A DNA stretch of 64,000 bases from an uncultured Gemmatimonadales bacterium (GCA_963851265.1 CAWKNZ010000002.1:1088001-1152000), one strand, 5' to 3'; shown: positions 38,167 to 48,465, counted from the first letter of the stretch. A program made the numbers and translations. Notes: a model not told the origin generated them from the sequence alone.

Positions 38167-38979
38167 GTGCCCGCACTCACCACGCGCCTCAGCGCGTTCG
38201 CTCTGGACACCGCCCAGGGCGCGCAGAATTATTCTCAGCTCGCGTGGAAGTCCGCGCGCTTCGTCTTCGCGCGCCCGTTCTACACGGCCGACCTGTTCCA
38301 GCAGATGGACGCGATGGGCGTCCAGTCGCTCGGGATCGTGTTGCTCACCGGGTTCTTCACCGGGATGGTCCTCGCGCTGCAGTCGTCGGTGCAGCTGAAG
38401 ACGTTCGGCGCCACGCAGTACATCGGCTCGCTCGTGTCGGCGTCGATGATCCGCGAACTCGGGCCCGTGCTCGCCGGGCTGATGGTCGCCGGGCGCGTCG
38501 GGTCCGGCGTCGCCGCACAGATCGGCTCGATGAAGGTGACCGAGCAGATCGACGCGCTCAACACGCTCGGCACCGATCCGATCAAGAAGCTGGTGACCCC
38601 GCGCGTACTCGCGGCGGTCGTGATGCTTCCGTTGCTGACCGTGATCAACGACCTGGTCGGCATTCTGGGCGGCAACCTGATCGCGAAGATCTACGTCGGG
38701 CTGCCGACGTCGTTCTACTGGCAGACCGTGTGGCAGCAGATCGCGCAGGGTGGATTTTCGTTCGGCGTCATCCCGAACGATTTCATCCAGGGGCTCGTGA
38801 AGCCGATCGTGTTCGGCGCGATCATCGCCGTCACCGCGTGCTACTACGGGCTCGGCACGTCCGGCGGGACCGAGGGCGTCGGCGTCGCGACGACGCGGAC
38901 CGTCGTTGCGGCGAGCATCTCGATCCTCGTGGTCGACTACTTCCTGACGCAGGTCCTGCTCGCGGTGTTTGCGGTATGA
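38167..38979 (+). CDS. mlaE: MlaE-family ABC permease
   Basis: RELGPVL, AGRVGS, IGSMKVTEQIDAL, PRVLA, GVGVATT. Confidence 0.95.
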   Translation: MPALTTRLSAFALDTAQGAQNYSQLAWKSARFVFARPFYTADLFQQMDAMGVQSLGIVLLTGFFTGMVLALQSSVQLKTFGATQYIGSLVSASMIRELGPVLAGLMVAGRVGSGVAAQIGSMKVTEQIDALNTLGTDPIKKLVTPRVLAAVVMLPLLTVINDLVGILGGNLIAKIYVGLPTSFYWQTVWQQIAQGGFSFGVIPNDFIQGLVKPIVFGAIIAVTACYYGLGTSGGTEGVGVATTRTVVAASISILVVDYFLTQVLLAVFAV

Positions 38980-39004
38980 CTGCGCGGCACGGGGAGCGTC
39001 CGCG

Positions 39005-39895
39005 ATGAGCGAGACGGACGATCGCCGGGCGGCCGCGCCCGACGCGACGCGGCCAGAGCCGGACGAGCGCCGCGTGCGCGCCGCGATCCGCCGCGCGCTT
39101 GCCGACGACGTGGAACCCGGCGGCGAACGCCCCGACGCCGCCGACCCGGGACCCGCGGAGGGCGCGGTGATCGAACTCGAGCACGTGCACCTCGGGTTCG
39201 ACGGGCGGACGATCCTCGAGGACGTATCGTTCCTCGCGATGAAGGGCGAGACGATCGTCGTAGTCGGCGAGTCCGGCACGGGCAAGTCGACGACGCTCAA
39301 GCTCATCCTCCGGCTCCTCGTCCCCGACCGCGGCTGCGTCTACATCAACGGGCGCGAGATCGGCGGGCTGTCGTTCGAAGAAGCGTTGGACATCCGCCAG
39401 CGGATGGGCATGGTGTTCCAGGGCGCCGCGCTGTTCGACTCGATGACGGTGTACGAAAACGTTGCGTACCCGCTCCGCGAGCACACGGACTACGACGAGG
39501 ACGAGATCGAGCGGCGCGTTCGCGAGAAGCTCGCCTTCGTCGACCTCGACCCGGAGGTCGTGATGCCGCTGCTCCCGTCCTCCCTTTCTGGCGGAATGCG
39601 CAAGCGCGTGGGCATCGCCCGCGCGATGGCGAACGACCCGCACGTGATGCTCTACGACGAGCCGACCTCGGGGCTCGATCCGCTGACGACGGGGACGATC
39701 ACGCGCCTCATCCTCAAGCTGCAGCGCGAGCTCGGCGTGACGAGCGTCGTCGTGTCGCACGACATCCGCTCGGTGTTCCGCATGGCGAGCTACGTCGCGC
39801 TCTTGGCGGACAAGCGGATCCGGTTCTTCGGCACGCCCGAGGAGATGGCCGCGAGCGACGACCGCTACATCCAGGACTTCCTCGGCGGGTTATAG
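39005..39895 (+). CDS. mlaF: MlaF-family ABC ATPase
   Basis: GESGTGKST, FQGAALFDS, LSGGMRKR, YDEPTSGLDP, SHD. Confidence 0.95.
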   Translation: MSETDDRRAAAPDATRPEPDERRVRAAIRRALADDVEPGGERPDAADPGPAEGAVIELEHVHLGFDGRTILEDVSFLAMKGETIVVVGESGTGKSTTLKLILRLLVPDRGCVYINGREIGGLSFEEALDIRQRMGMVFQGAALFDSMTVYENVAYPLREHTDYDEDEIERRVREKLAFVDLDPEVVMPLLPSSLSGGMRKRVGIARAMANDPHVMLYDEPTSGLDPLTTGTITRLILKLQRELGVTSVVVSHDIRSVFRMASYVALLADKRIRFFGTPEEMAASDDRYIQDFLGGL

Positions 39896-39931
39896 CCCGC
39901 GGCCCTCCAGCGCCCTGCCACCGCCCCGCCC

Positions 39932-40909
39932 ATGCGCCGCAGCAATTTCGTCACCGTCGAACAGCTCCGGGTCGGCGCCGTCGTCGTCGCCGCACTCGCC
40001 ATCCTGCTCTTCGGCGGCTACCGACTGGGCCAGGCCGCGCACCTGTTCAGCAAGCGCTACCATCTGATCGCGTTCGTCCCGAACGCGAGCGGGCTGCGCG
40101 TCGGCGGCACCGTCAGCGTCGCGGGGCAGCTCGTCGGAACGGTCGAGGACATCAGCTTCCTCCCCCCGGACGCCGACACGACGCGCAATCTGAGGCTGAC
40201 CGTCAATATCGACGAGGACGTCCGGACCCAGATCCGCGGCGACTCGCGCGCGCGCCTTCGCACGCAGGGGCTGCTCGGCGACAAGGTGTTCGACATCAGC
40301 CCCGGCACGCCGCGCTTCGCGCCGCTGCGGCCCAACGACACGATCCCGATCGCGCCGTCACTCGACTACGACGAGATCGTTCAGCAGGCGTCGGGCGCCG
40401 TGAGCGACGTGGTCGGCCTCACGCACGACCTGCGCAACGTCACCGGCGGCATCGCGCGCGGCGAGGGGACGGTGGGCCAACTCGTCACCAACCGTGCCCT
40501 GTACGACCAGCTCACGGGCACGCTCGACCGGACCAACCGGCTCATCGCCCGCATGCAGAACCCGAACGGGACCGTCGGCCGCCTGCTCGACGACCCGCAA
40601 CTCTACCGCAACCTGGTCCGCGTCACGTCGTCGGTCGACTCGCTCACCCGCGAAGTCGCGAGCTCGCAGGGCACCGTGGGCAAGCTGCTCCGCGACGACT
40701 CGCTCTACGTACGCCTCGTGGGAGTCGCCGGCGGCGCCGACTCGCTCGTGCACCTGCTGACGCGCGGCAACGGCCTCGCCGCCCGCGTGCTCACGGACCA
40801 GCAGTCGTACGACCAGTTGAACAAGACGCTCACCGAACTCAACGCGATTCTGGTCGACGTCCGGCGCAACCCGCAGAAGTACACGAAGGGGCTCATCAAG
40901 GTCTTCTGA
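39932..40909 (+). CDS. mlaD: MlaD/MCE-family protein with helical C-terminal repeats
   Basis: N-terminal TM, SGLRVGGTV..AG..VG, TQGLLGDK..ISPG. Confidence 0.92.
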   Translation: MRRSNFVTVEQLRVGAVVVAALAILLFGGYRLGQAAHLFSKRYHLIAFVPNASGLRVGGTVSVAGQLVGTVEDISFLPPDADTTRNLRLTVNIDEDVRTQIRGDSRARLRTQGLLGDKVFDISPGTPRFAPLRPNDTIPIAPSLDYDEIVQQASGAVSDVVGLTHDLRNVTGGIARGEGTVGQLVTNRALYDQLTGTLDRTNRLIARMQNPNGTVGRLLDDPQLYRNLVRVTSSVDSLTREVASSQGTVGKLLRDDSLYVRLVGVAGGADSLVHLLTRGNGLAARVLTDQQSYDQLNKTLTELNAILVDVRRNPQKYTKGLIKVF

Positions 40910-40975
40910 CCTCCAACGCGGTCGTCCGCCACGCGCTCGTGCCGTCCGAGCCCTCCGGCGGTGTAGCTTGCGCGT

Positions 40976-41974
40976 ATGCGGACGCTCTCTCTCGACGTGG
41001 TCGCGACCCGGGGCGCGCTGGTCGAGTCGCGCCACGTCGTGCACGCGGCCGTGGTCCGCGTGGGCCGCGGCGGCGACGAACTCGTCGCGCGCGCCGGCGA
41101 TCCCGACGCGGTCAGCTTCTGGCGCTCCTGCGCCAAACCCTTCCAGGTGCTGCCGCTGCTGCGCGACGGCGGGTTCGACCGCGCGCGCTGGGGTGACGAC
41201 GAACTCGCGCTCGCGTGCGCGTCGCATGGCGGCGAGCCGGAGCACGTAGCGCTCGCGGCGAGCATGCTCCGCTCGCTCGGGCTCGAAGAGGGCGACCTCG
41301 CCTGCGGTCCGCAGGAGCCACTCTCCGCGCGCGGCGCCCGGCTCCTGCGCGAGAGCGGGCTGCGCCCCACGCGGCTGCACAACAACTGCTCGGGCAAGCA
41401 CGCGGCGATGCTCGCACGCGCCGCGGCCAAGGATTGGCCGGCGGCGGGATACGAGCGCGAGGATCATCCGGTGCAACGCGCCTGCACCGCCGAAGTCGCC
41501 CGCTGGTCGGGGCTTCGCGAACCCGAGATCGGGACGGCCGTGGACGGGTGCGGCGTGGTGGTCTACGCGCTCCCACTGGTCGCGATGGCCACGGCCTACG
41601 CCCGGCTGGCGGCAGCGGCGCACGCTGGCGAGGACGAGCCGGCCCGCGTGCTCCATGCCATGCGGACGCGCCCGTTCCTCGTCGGAGGCACCGACCGGTT
41701 TGACACGGTGATCTCCGAGGCGACGGACGGGCGCGTGGTCGCCAAGATCGGCGCCGAAGGCGTTCACTCGCTCGCCGTGATCGACGCCGGGATTGGCGTC
41801 GCGATCAAGGTCGCCGACGGCGCGACCCGCGCCCAATTTCCCGCCGTCGTCCGGCTGCTCCAACACCTCGGCGTACTCGACGACCCCGTCCCGCCGCCGC
41901 TGCAGGATTGGCTCGTCCGCCCGGTCCGCAACACCCGCGGCGCGGCCGTCGGCGACGTCCGCCCCGCGGCGTGA
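40976..41974 (+). CDS. L-asparaginase II (Rhizobium AnsA-type)
   Basis: RGALVESRH, RSCAKPFQ, CASHGGE, NNCSGKH, DGCG, KIGAEG, KVADG. Confidence 0.92.
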   Translation: MRTLSLDVVATRGALVESRHVVHAAVVRVGRGGDELVARAGDPDAVSFWRSCAKPFQVLPLLRDGGFDRARWGDDELALACASHGGEPEHVALAASMLRSLGLEEGDLACGPQEPLSARGARLLRESGLRPTRLHNNCSGKHAAMLARAAAKDWPAAGYEREDHPVQRACTAEVARWSGLREPEIGTAVDGCGVVVYALPLVAMATAYARLAAAAHAGEDEPARVLHAMRTRPFLVGGTDRFDTVISEATDGRVVAKIGAEGVHSLAVIDAGIGVAIKVADGATRAQFPAVVRLLQHLGVLDDPVPPPLQDWLVRPVRNTRGAAVGDVRPAA

Positions 41975-42008
41975 CCCCGCGCGTCCGCACCACTTCGCCC
42001 CACTCGGC

Positions 42009-42659
42009 GTGAATTCGATACACCCGACCGCGAGCGACGCCGGTACGCTCTCCGATGTCGAACGCCTGCTCGTCCGAGTGGCCGCGGTGGTCGCCGTCGG
42101 CGACGAACAGGCAGTGCGTGCGGTGCTCGCGTCCGCCTCCGCACGCGACGTCCCCCCGCGCTGGGTCGAGGAGGTCCTCCTGCAGTCATACATGTTCGCG
42201 GGCTTCCCGCGTGCCCTCAACGCGATGCGCGAATGGCGGCGCCTCTCTGGCCGCGCCGCTCCAGCCGACGACCCGGACGCTGACGTCGCCGACCACCTCG
42301 CGCGCGGCGAGGCGACCTGCGCCCGCGTCTATGGCCGCTTCTACGACAAGCTCCGCCGGAACGTCGCGGCCCTCCACCCGGCGCTCGACCGGTGGATGGT
42401 CGACACCGGGTACGGACAGGTGCTCGGACGCCCGGGCCTCGACCTCGGACGCCGCGAACTGTGCGTGATCGCCGTGTGCGCGGCCGCGGGCCAGGAACGT
42501 CAGCTGCATTCGCACCTGCACGGCGCCATCCACGTCGGTCTCCCGACGGCGGCCGTGGACGACACGCTCGCCGCCGTCGCCGACCTCACGCCCGACCGCG
42601 GCGACCGCGCCGCGCGCCTGTGGGCGCGCGTCCGTGAGTCCGCCTCCGCGACGGCCTGA
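42009..42659 (+). CDS. Carboxymuconolactone decarboxylase (AhpD-like) family protein; start uncertain
   Basis: FAGFPRALNA, YGQVLGRPGLDL..REL, QLHSHLHGA. Confidence 0.8.
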   Translation: MNSIHPTASDAGTLSDVERLLVRVAAVVAVGDEQAVRAVLASASARDVPPRWVEEVLLQSYMFAGFPRALNAMREWRRLSGRAAPADDPDADVADHLARGEATCARVYGRFYDKLRRNVAALHPALDRWMVDTGYGQVLGRPGLDLGRRELCVIAVCAAAGQERQLHSHLHGAIHVGLPTAAVDDTLAAVADLTPDRGDRAARLWARVRESASATA

Positions 42660-42723
42660 CGTCGCGACCATCTACGTACCGGCGGCGCCGCACGGCGCCC
42701 CCGCCCCCAACGCAGCTCAGCTC

Positions 42724-43743
42724 ATGTTCATCGATCGCGTGGTCGTTCGCGTGGAAGCCGGCACCGGCGGCTCCGGCGCCAGCTCCTTCCGCCGCGAGAA
42801 ATTCGTCCCCATGGGCGGCCCCGACGGCGGCGACGGGGGGCGCGGCGGCGACGTCGTCATCCGCGGCGACCGCAACCTCGCCACCCTGCTCGACTACACC
42901 TACCGCGACCACTGGCGCGCCGAACGCGGCGAACACGGTAGCGGCTCGAACCGCACCGGCGCGTCAGGCGCGGACGTCATCCTCCCGGTCCCGCCTGGCA
43001 CGGTCATCCGCGACGAAGCCACAGGCGAGTTCCTCGGCGAGATTCTCGACGACGGCCAGGAACTCACGATCGCCCGCGGCGGACGCGGCGGACGCGGGAA
43101 CGCCAAGTTCACCTCCCCGACGCACCAAGCACCCCGTGAGTGGGAGCCGGGCGACGAAGGCGAACAGCGCAACCTAGAGCTGGAACTCAAACTCATCGCC
43201 GACGTCGGACTGGTCGGCCAGCCCAACGCGGGCAAGTCGACGCTCCTGTCCGTCATCTCCGCCGCCCGCCCGAAGATCGCCGACTACCCGTTCACGACGC
43301 TCTCGCCCAACCTCGGCGTCGTTCAACTCTCCGACCACCGGACCTTCGTCGTCGCCGACATCCCCGGCATCATCGAAGGCGCGCACGAAGGCCGCGGACT
43401 CGGCCTCCAGTTCCTTCGCCACATCGAACGCACCCGCGTCCTCGCGTTCCTGATCCCGATCGACGCGATGGACTGGCAGGCGGAATACGACCAACTCCGC
43501 CGCGAGGTGGAAGAGTACTCCCCCGACCTCGCCGCCAAACCGCACTGCGTGGTCTTCACCAAGCTCGACCTGCTCGGTGAGGACTACACGCCGCCGATCG
43601 AGGCGCCGGCGAGCTTCGGGAGCTTCGCCGTCTCGGCGGCCGGACGCACGGGAATCGACGCCCTGCTCGCCGGCTGGTGGTCGCAGCTGCTGCGCATGGA
43701 GACCGCGCTCGCTACGACCAGGGCAGACGCCGCACTCCCCTGA
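42724..43743 (+). CDS. obgE: GTPase ObgE
   Basis: MFID, FRREKFVPMGGPDGGDGG, GQPNAGKST, YPFTT, DIPG, TKLD. Confidence 0.97.
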   Translation: MFIDRVVVRVEAGTGGSGASSFRREKFVPMGGPDGGDGGRGGDVVIRGDRNLATLLDYTYRDHWRAERGEHGSGSNRTGASGADVILPVPPGTVIRDEATGEFLGEILDDGQELTIARGGRGGRGNAKFTSPTHQAPREWEPGDEGEQRNLELELKLIADVGLVGQPNAGKSTLLSVISAARPKIADYPFTTLSPNLGVVQLSDHRTFVVADIPGIIEGAHEGRGLGLQFLRHIERTRVLAFLIPIDAMDWQAEYDQLRREVEEYSPDLAAKPHCVVFTKLDLLGEDYTPPIEAPASFGSFAVSAAGRTGIDALLAGWWSQLLRMETALATTRADAALP

Positions 43744-43748
43744 TCGGC

Positions 43749-44924
43749 GTGCCGACCGCGCAACGCGGCCACGACGCGACGGTCCGCCGCGACCCGTTCC
43801 CGACCGACGTTCACGCCCTGTTCGATCGCCCGCTCGTCGACCGCGAGGCGGCGGCGGCCCTCGCGCTCGTTCCAGGCGTCGGCCCAGTCCGCTGGCGTGC
43901 GCTCCTGACCCGCCACGACGGCGACGGCGCGCGCGCGGCGCTCGCGCACGGCGTCACGGCACCGACGTGGGCACGCGCGTTGCGCGACGCAGCCGCGTAC
44001 CTCAGGTCGACCGACGCGGACACCGCGGTCGCGATCCCCGGCGACGCGCGCTACCCGCGCGCGCTGCTCGACCTGCCGGATGCCCCACCCCTCCTCTGGA
44101 TCCGCGGCGATCGCAGCGCGCTCGCGCACGCACCGCGCGTCGCACTCGTGGGCACGCGTCACAACACGTCGGCCGGGGCAGTGACTGCACGCCGGCTCGT
44201 CGGCGCGCTCCGTGACACCAACGCGTGCGTCGTCAGCGGCATGGCCCGCGGCATCGACGGCGTCGTACACGACGCCGCCCTCGGCGCGGATCTCCCCACG
44301 ATCGCGGTCCTGGGCACCGGAGTCGACGTGCCGTACCCCGCGCAACACCGCCGACTCTACGAGCGCATCGTCGCCGGCGGCGCCGTCGTGAGCGAGCAAC
44401 CGCCGGGGACCGCACCCGTGCCCGGCGCCTTCCCACGCCGGAACCGGATCATCGCGGCCATCAGCCACTGCACCGTCGTCGTCGAAGCGGGGGAACGCAG
44501 CGGCGCGCTCATCACCGCCGACATCGCGCTCGAACTCGGCCGTACCGTCGCCGCCGTTCCGGGCCCGATCGACGCGCCGGCGTCGCTCGGCGCGAACTCC
44601 TTACTCCGGGACGGCGCACACCTGCTCGCAACCGTCGACGACCTCGCTCCGCTCCTCGCGGCTCCGATCACGCGTACGACACCCGGTCCGCCGCCGAATC
44701 GGCGGCGGCCGGTCGAGCCGCGGCCCGAGCCACGGCCGCGCCGGCCCGACCTCGCGGGCGACGAACTCGTCGTGTGGGACGCGCTCACCGAGCCGGCGCC
44801 GGATGCCGACGCGCTCGCGGCCCGGACCGCACTGTCGGCGCGCCAGTGCGCCACCGCGCTCGCCGGGCTCGAGATCCGCGGCGTCGTCGCGACCGAACTG
44901 ACCGGCGCCATCCGGCGCGTGTGA
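43749..44924 (+). CDS. dprA: DNA-processing protein DprA
   Basis: YP..L, VALVGTR, VVSGMARGID, FPRRNRII, VVEAGERSGALITA, C-terminal wH. Confidence 0.95.
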   Translation: MPTAQRGHDATVRRDPFPTDVHALFDRPLVDREAAAALALVPGVGPVRWRALLTRHDGDGARAALAHGVTAPTWARALRDAAAYLRSTDADTAVAIPGDARYPRALLDLPDAPPLLWIRGDRSALAHAPRVALVGTRHNTSAGAVTARRLVGALRDTNACVVSGMARGIDGVVHDAALGADLPTIAVLGTGVDVPYPAQHRRLYERIVAGGAVVSEQPPGTAPVPGAFPRRNRIIAAISHCTVVVEAGERSGALITADIALELGRTVAAVPGPIDAPASLGANSLLRDGAHLLATVDDLAPLLAAPITRTTPGPPPNRRRPVEPRPEPRPRRPDLAGDELVVWDALTEPAPDADALAARTALSARQCATALAGLEIRGVVATELTGAIRRV

Positions 44925-44973
44925 GCAGCGCGCTCGCGCATGCCTCGCCCGAACGCACCCGCTCGGAGCGGGT

Positions 44974-46119
44974 ATGAACGGCGTGCCCACGCCGTTCCGC
45001 CACGTCTACGTTCACGTCCCATTCTGCGCGCGTCGATGCGTGTATTGCGATTTCTCGATCGCGGTTCGCGCGCGCGTGCCCGTCACCGAGTACGTGGGCG
45101 GCGTTCGGCGAGAACTGCGTGCCCGGTTCGGGCCGCCCCCGGCGGCTACCGACCGGACGCCTATCACCACGCTGTACTTCGGCGGGGGAACGCCCTCGCG
45201 CCTCGGCGGCCCCGGTCTCGCCTCGCTCGTGACCGAACTACGCACGTGGTTCGCGTGGGATGACCGCGCGGAGGTTACCGCGGAGGCGAATCCGGAAGAC
45301 GTGACCGAGGCGAACGTGCACGCGTGGCGCGATGCCGGAATCACGCGGCTTTCGATCGGCGCTCAGACGTTCGACCCGGACGCGCTCGCCTGGATGCGGC
45401 GTACTCACGCGCATGACGCGGCGGCGCGCGCGGTCGCGGTCGCTCGCGATGGCGGCATCGCGGACCTCTCGCTCGACCTCATCTTCGCGCTGCCGAGCGA
45501 AGTGCCACGTGATCTCGACGCGGACCTCGCGAGCATCGTCGCGCTCGAGCCGTCGCACGTCTCGATCTACGGACTCACGGTCGAGCCTGGGACCCCGCTC
45601 GGGAGGTGGGCCGATCGCCACACGGTCGCCGAAGCGGACGAGTCGCGCTACGAATCCGAGTTTCTCTCGGCGCACGATGCGCTCGCGGCGGCGGGGTTCG
45701 ACCACTACGAGGTGTCGAATTTCGCGCTGCCCGGGCACCGCGCGCGGCACAATTCCGCGTACTGGTCGGGTGTGCCGTACCTCGGACTCGGGCCGTCAGC
45801 ACACGGCTTCGACGGCGCGGTCCGACGTTGGAACGAGTCCGCCTACGCGCGCTGGCTGCCGCGCGTCGACTCCGGAAATGATCCCGTCGCAGGCTGCGAT
45901 CCGCTCGATGACGCCGCCCGTACGACCGAAGGTGTATACCTGGGCTTGCGCACCGTCGACGGTCTCGCGCTCCGCGACGACGAGCGGGCGCGCGTCGGGC
46001 GGTGGGTCGAGGCGGGTTGGGCGTCGGTCGATGACGCGCGCGTGCATCTCACGCCGTCGGGCTGGCTGCGCCTCGATGCCCTCGCCGCCGACTTGACAGC
46101 GGTCCGAAGTCGTTCGTAG
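44974..46119 (+). CDS. hemW: Radical SAM heme chaperone HemW
   Basis: YVHVPFCARRCVYCDF, YFGGGTPS, EANP, YEVSNF, HNSAYW. Confidence 0.95.
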   Translation: MNGVPTPFRHVYVHVPFCARRCVYCDFSIAVRARVPVTEYVGGVRRELRARFGPPPAATDRTPITTLYFGGGTPSRLGGPGLASLVTELRTWFAWDDRAEVTAEANPEDVTEANVHAWRDAGITRLSIGAQTFDPDALAWMRRTHAHDAAARAVAVARDGGIADLSLDLIFALPSEVPRDLDADLASIVALEPSHVSIYGLTVEPGTPLGRWADRHTVAEADESRYESEFLSAHDALAAAGFDHYEVSNFALPGHRARHNSAYWSGVPYLGLGPSAHGFDGAVRRWNESAYARWLPRVDSGNDPVAGCDPLDDAARTTEGVYLGLRTVDGLALRDDERARVGRWVEAGWASVDDARVHLTPSGWLRLDALAADLTAVRSRS

Positions 46120-46122
46120 GAT
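46093..46122 (+). promoter_or_regulatory. Sigma70-type promoter upstream of hrcA
   Basis: TTGACA (46093-46098), 18-bp spacer, TAGGAT (46117-46122). Confidence 0.6.
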
Positions 46123-46132
46123 TGGAGTTACC

Positions 46133-47176
46133 ATGCATTCAGAACTCTCCGACCGCGAGCGCCGCGTGCTCGCGGCGGTGATTCAGAGCTATGTAGCGAC
46201 CGCGGAGCCCGCCGGGTCGCGAACGATCGCGCGAAAGTTCGGGCTGAACGTGTCGCCGGCGACCATCCGGAACACGATGAGTGACCTGGAAGAAAAGGGG
46301 TTCCTCTTCCACCCACACACGTCCGCCGGGCGAGTGCCCACGCACAAGGCTTATCGGGTGTACGTGGACGCCCTCATTCACGTCCCCGCGCTCGCCGCGG
46401 CCGACGAGGACCGGCTGAACGAGCACCTCGCGACTGCGCCCGGCGCAGGGCGCGTCGACACGATCGAGGCGATCCTCCGGCGCGCCGCGCAGTCCTTGGG
46501 GGTCCTCACTCAGGAACTCGGCGTAGCGGTCGGCCCGCAACTCGACGCTGCCGCGCTCCGCCAGATCGATCTCGTCCGACTGGCGAGCGACCGCCTCCTC
46601 GTGGTGTTCACGCTCGACCGCGGTGCCGTGCGTACGGTGTTCGTCGAGGTGCCCGGCGAGATTGCAGACGACGCAGTGCGCGAGGTCGCGCGCGTCCTCA
46701 ACGATCGGCTCGCCGGCCGGACGCTCGCCGAGTTGCGCGGAACGTTGGCCGAGCGCCTGCGGGACGCGCCACCGACGGCCGACGCCGCCGATCTGCTGAA
46801 CATCTTCGTCGCGGGCGCCGCGCCGCTCATCGAGCCCGACGCGGCCCTCGTCATGGGGCAGCCCTCGCTGCTGGCCGACAAGCCCGAATTCGCGAGCGGC
46901 CCCGAAATGCGGCGTCTGCTCGAACTCACCGAGACGCGCGAGGACCTGGCCCGGCTGCTCACACGCCGCGCCGGACACACGACCGGGCTCTCGATCACGA
47001 TCGGAAGCGAACACGACGACCCGCGTCTCGCGCCCTTCACCGTCGTGACCGCGGAGTACCGCGCGGCCGGGTTGACCGGCGTGATCGGCGTGATCGGCCC
47101 CACCCGCATGCCCTACGAAAAGGTGATCGCGCTCGTCAGCCACACGTCCCGCCTCGTGTCCGATCTCCTGCACTGA
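46133..47176 (+). CDS. hrcA: Heat-inducible transcription repressor HrcA
   Basis: SPATIRNTMSDLE, PHTSAGRVPT, GVIGPTRMPY. Confidence 0.97.
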   Translation: MHSELSDRERRVLAAVIQSYVATAEPAGSRTIARKFGLNVSPATIRNTMSDLEEKGFLFHPHTSAGRVPTHKAYRVYVDALIHVPALAAADEDRLNEHLATAPGAGRVDTIEAILRRAAQSLGVLTQELGVAVGPQLDAAALRQIDLVRLASDRLLVVFTLDRGAVRTVFVEVPGEIADDAVREVARVLNDRLAGRTLAELRGTLAERLRDAPPTADAADLLNIFVAGAAPLIEPDAALVMGQPSLLADKPEFASGPEMRRLLELTETREDLARLLTRRAGHTTGLSITIGSEHDDPRLAPFTVVTAEYRAAGLTGVIGVIGPTRMPYEKVIALVSHTSRLVSDLLH

Positions 47177-47206
47177 CGGTTCCGCGCGTGATGCACGCGC
47201 CAACCC

Positions 47207-47233
47207 TGCCGTCCCGAGCGTAGCGAGGGACCT
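47207..47233. repeat. REP-like imperfect palindrome in the hrcA-dnaJ spacer
   Basis: TGCCGTCCCGAGCGTAGCGAGGGACCT (GTCCC...GGGAC stem); GTCCCGAGCG recurs at 47255-47264. Confidence 0.4.
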
Positions 47234-47322
47234 CCTCTCCTTGGCGGTGGGCCGGTCCCGAGCGGATCGCGCCCGTCCGCCCGCATTCTCGGTTCCCCGC
47301 TGCGTTCGGCACGAAACGGATC

Positions 47323-48465
47323 ATGGCTGATTACTACGAAACTCTCGGCGTCGCGCGCGACACGTCGGACGACGACCTCAAGAAGGCCTATCGCAAACTC
47401 GCGATGCAGTGGCACCCGGACCGCAACGGCGGGTCGGCCGAGGCCACGGAGAAGTTCAAGGAGATCACCGAGGCGTACGACGTGCTGCGCGACCCGCAGA
47501 AGCGCGCCGCGTTCGACCGCTACGGTGAGGCGGGACTGCGGAGCGCGGGCGGCGGCGGCGCGTACCACCACGTCGACCTCTCCGAGGCGCTCAACATCTT
47601 CATGCGCGAGGCCGGCTTCAGCGGCATCGGCGATCTGTTCGGGCCTGCCGGGCGCGGAGGGGCGAACGGGCCGCGCACGGGCTCGGACGTCAAGATCGAC
47701 GTGCCGCTCACGCTCGCAGAGGTCGCGACCGGGGTCGACCGCACGCTCACGGCGAAACTCCTCGACGCATGCGACCGCTGCGAGGCGACCGGGGCCGAAC
47801 CGGGGTCCAAGCCGACGACCTGCACGACGTGCGGCGGTACGGGCGAGGTGCGCCGCGCGCAGCGCTCGTTCTTCGGCCAGTTCGTCAGCGTCGCGCCCTG
47901 CCCGACCTGCGCGGGCGAGGGCACCGTCATCGCGACGCCGTGCAAGAAGTGTCGGGGCGAGGGGCGGGTGCGTGCGGAAAAGCAGGTGAAGCTGTCCGTG
48001 CCCGCCGGTGTCGCGACCGGCCAGTACATGACGCTCCGCGGGCAGGGCAACGTCGGCCCGCGGGGCGGCCCGCGCGGCGACCTGATCATGCTGTTCGACG
48101 TCGAGGAGGACCCGCGCTTCGACCGCGACGGCGAGGACCTCTACTGCGAGCGCCTCGTCAGCTATCCGCAGCTGGTCCTCGGTGCCGACGTCACGGTTCC
48201 GGGCGTGACGGGCGACCTGTCGCTGCGGGTTCCGCCGGGAACACAGAGCGGGGAAGTCTTCCACCTGCGCGGCCGTGGGCTTCCGCGCGTGAACGCGACC
48301 GGCGTCGGTGACCTGCACGTACGCGTGCAGCTCTGGACGCCGGACAAGCTCACCGAGCGCGAGGAGGAACTCATCCGCGCGCTCGAGGACGCATCGGCCA
48401 CGCCCCCGCAGAAGTCGCACGCGAAAGGGTTCTGGGGCAAGATGAAGGAAGCGTTGGGCGCATGA
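47323..48465 (+). CDS. dnaJ: Chaperone DnaJ
   Basis: J-domain HPD, four CxxCx(G)xG zinc motifs, C-terminal domain. Confidence 0.98.
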   Translation: MADYYETLGVARDTSDDDLKKAYRKLAMQWHPDRNGGSAEATEKFKEITEAYDVLRDPQKRAAFDRYGEAGLRSAGGGGAYHHVDLSEALNIFMREAGFSGIGDLFGPAGRGGANGPRTGSDVKIDVPLTLAEVATGVDRTLTAKLLDACDRCEATGAEPGSKPTTCTTCGGTGEVRRAQRSFFGQFVSVAPCPTCAGEGTVIATPCKKCRGEGRVRAEKQVKLSVPAGVATGQYMTLRGQGNVGPRGGPRGDLIMLFDVEEDPRFDRDGEDLYCERLVSYPQLVLGADVTVPGVTGDLSLRVPPGTQSGEVFHLRGRGLPRVNATGVGDLHVRVQLWTPDKLTEREEELIRALEDASATPPQKSHAKGFWGKMKEALGA

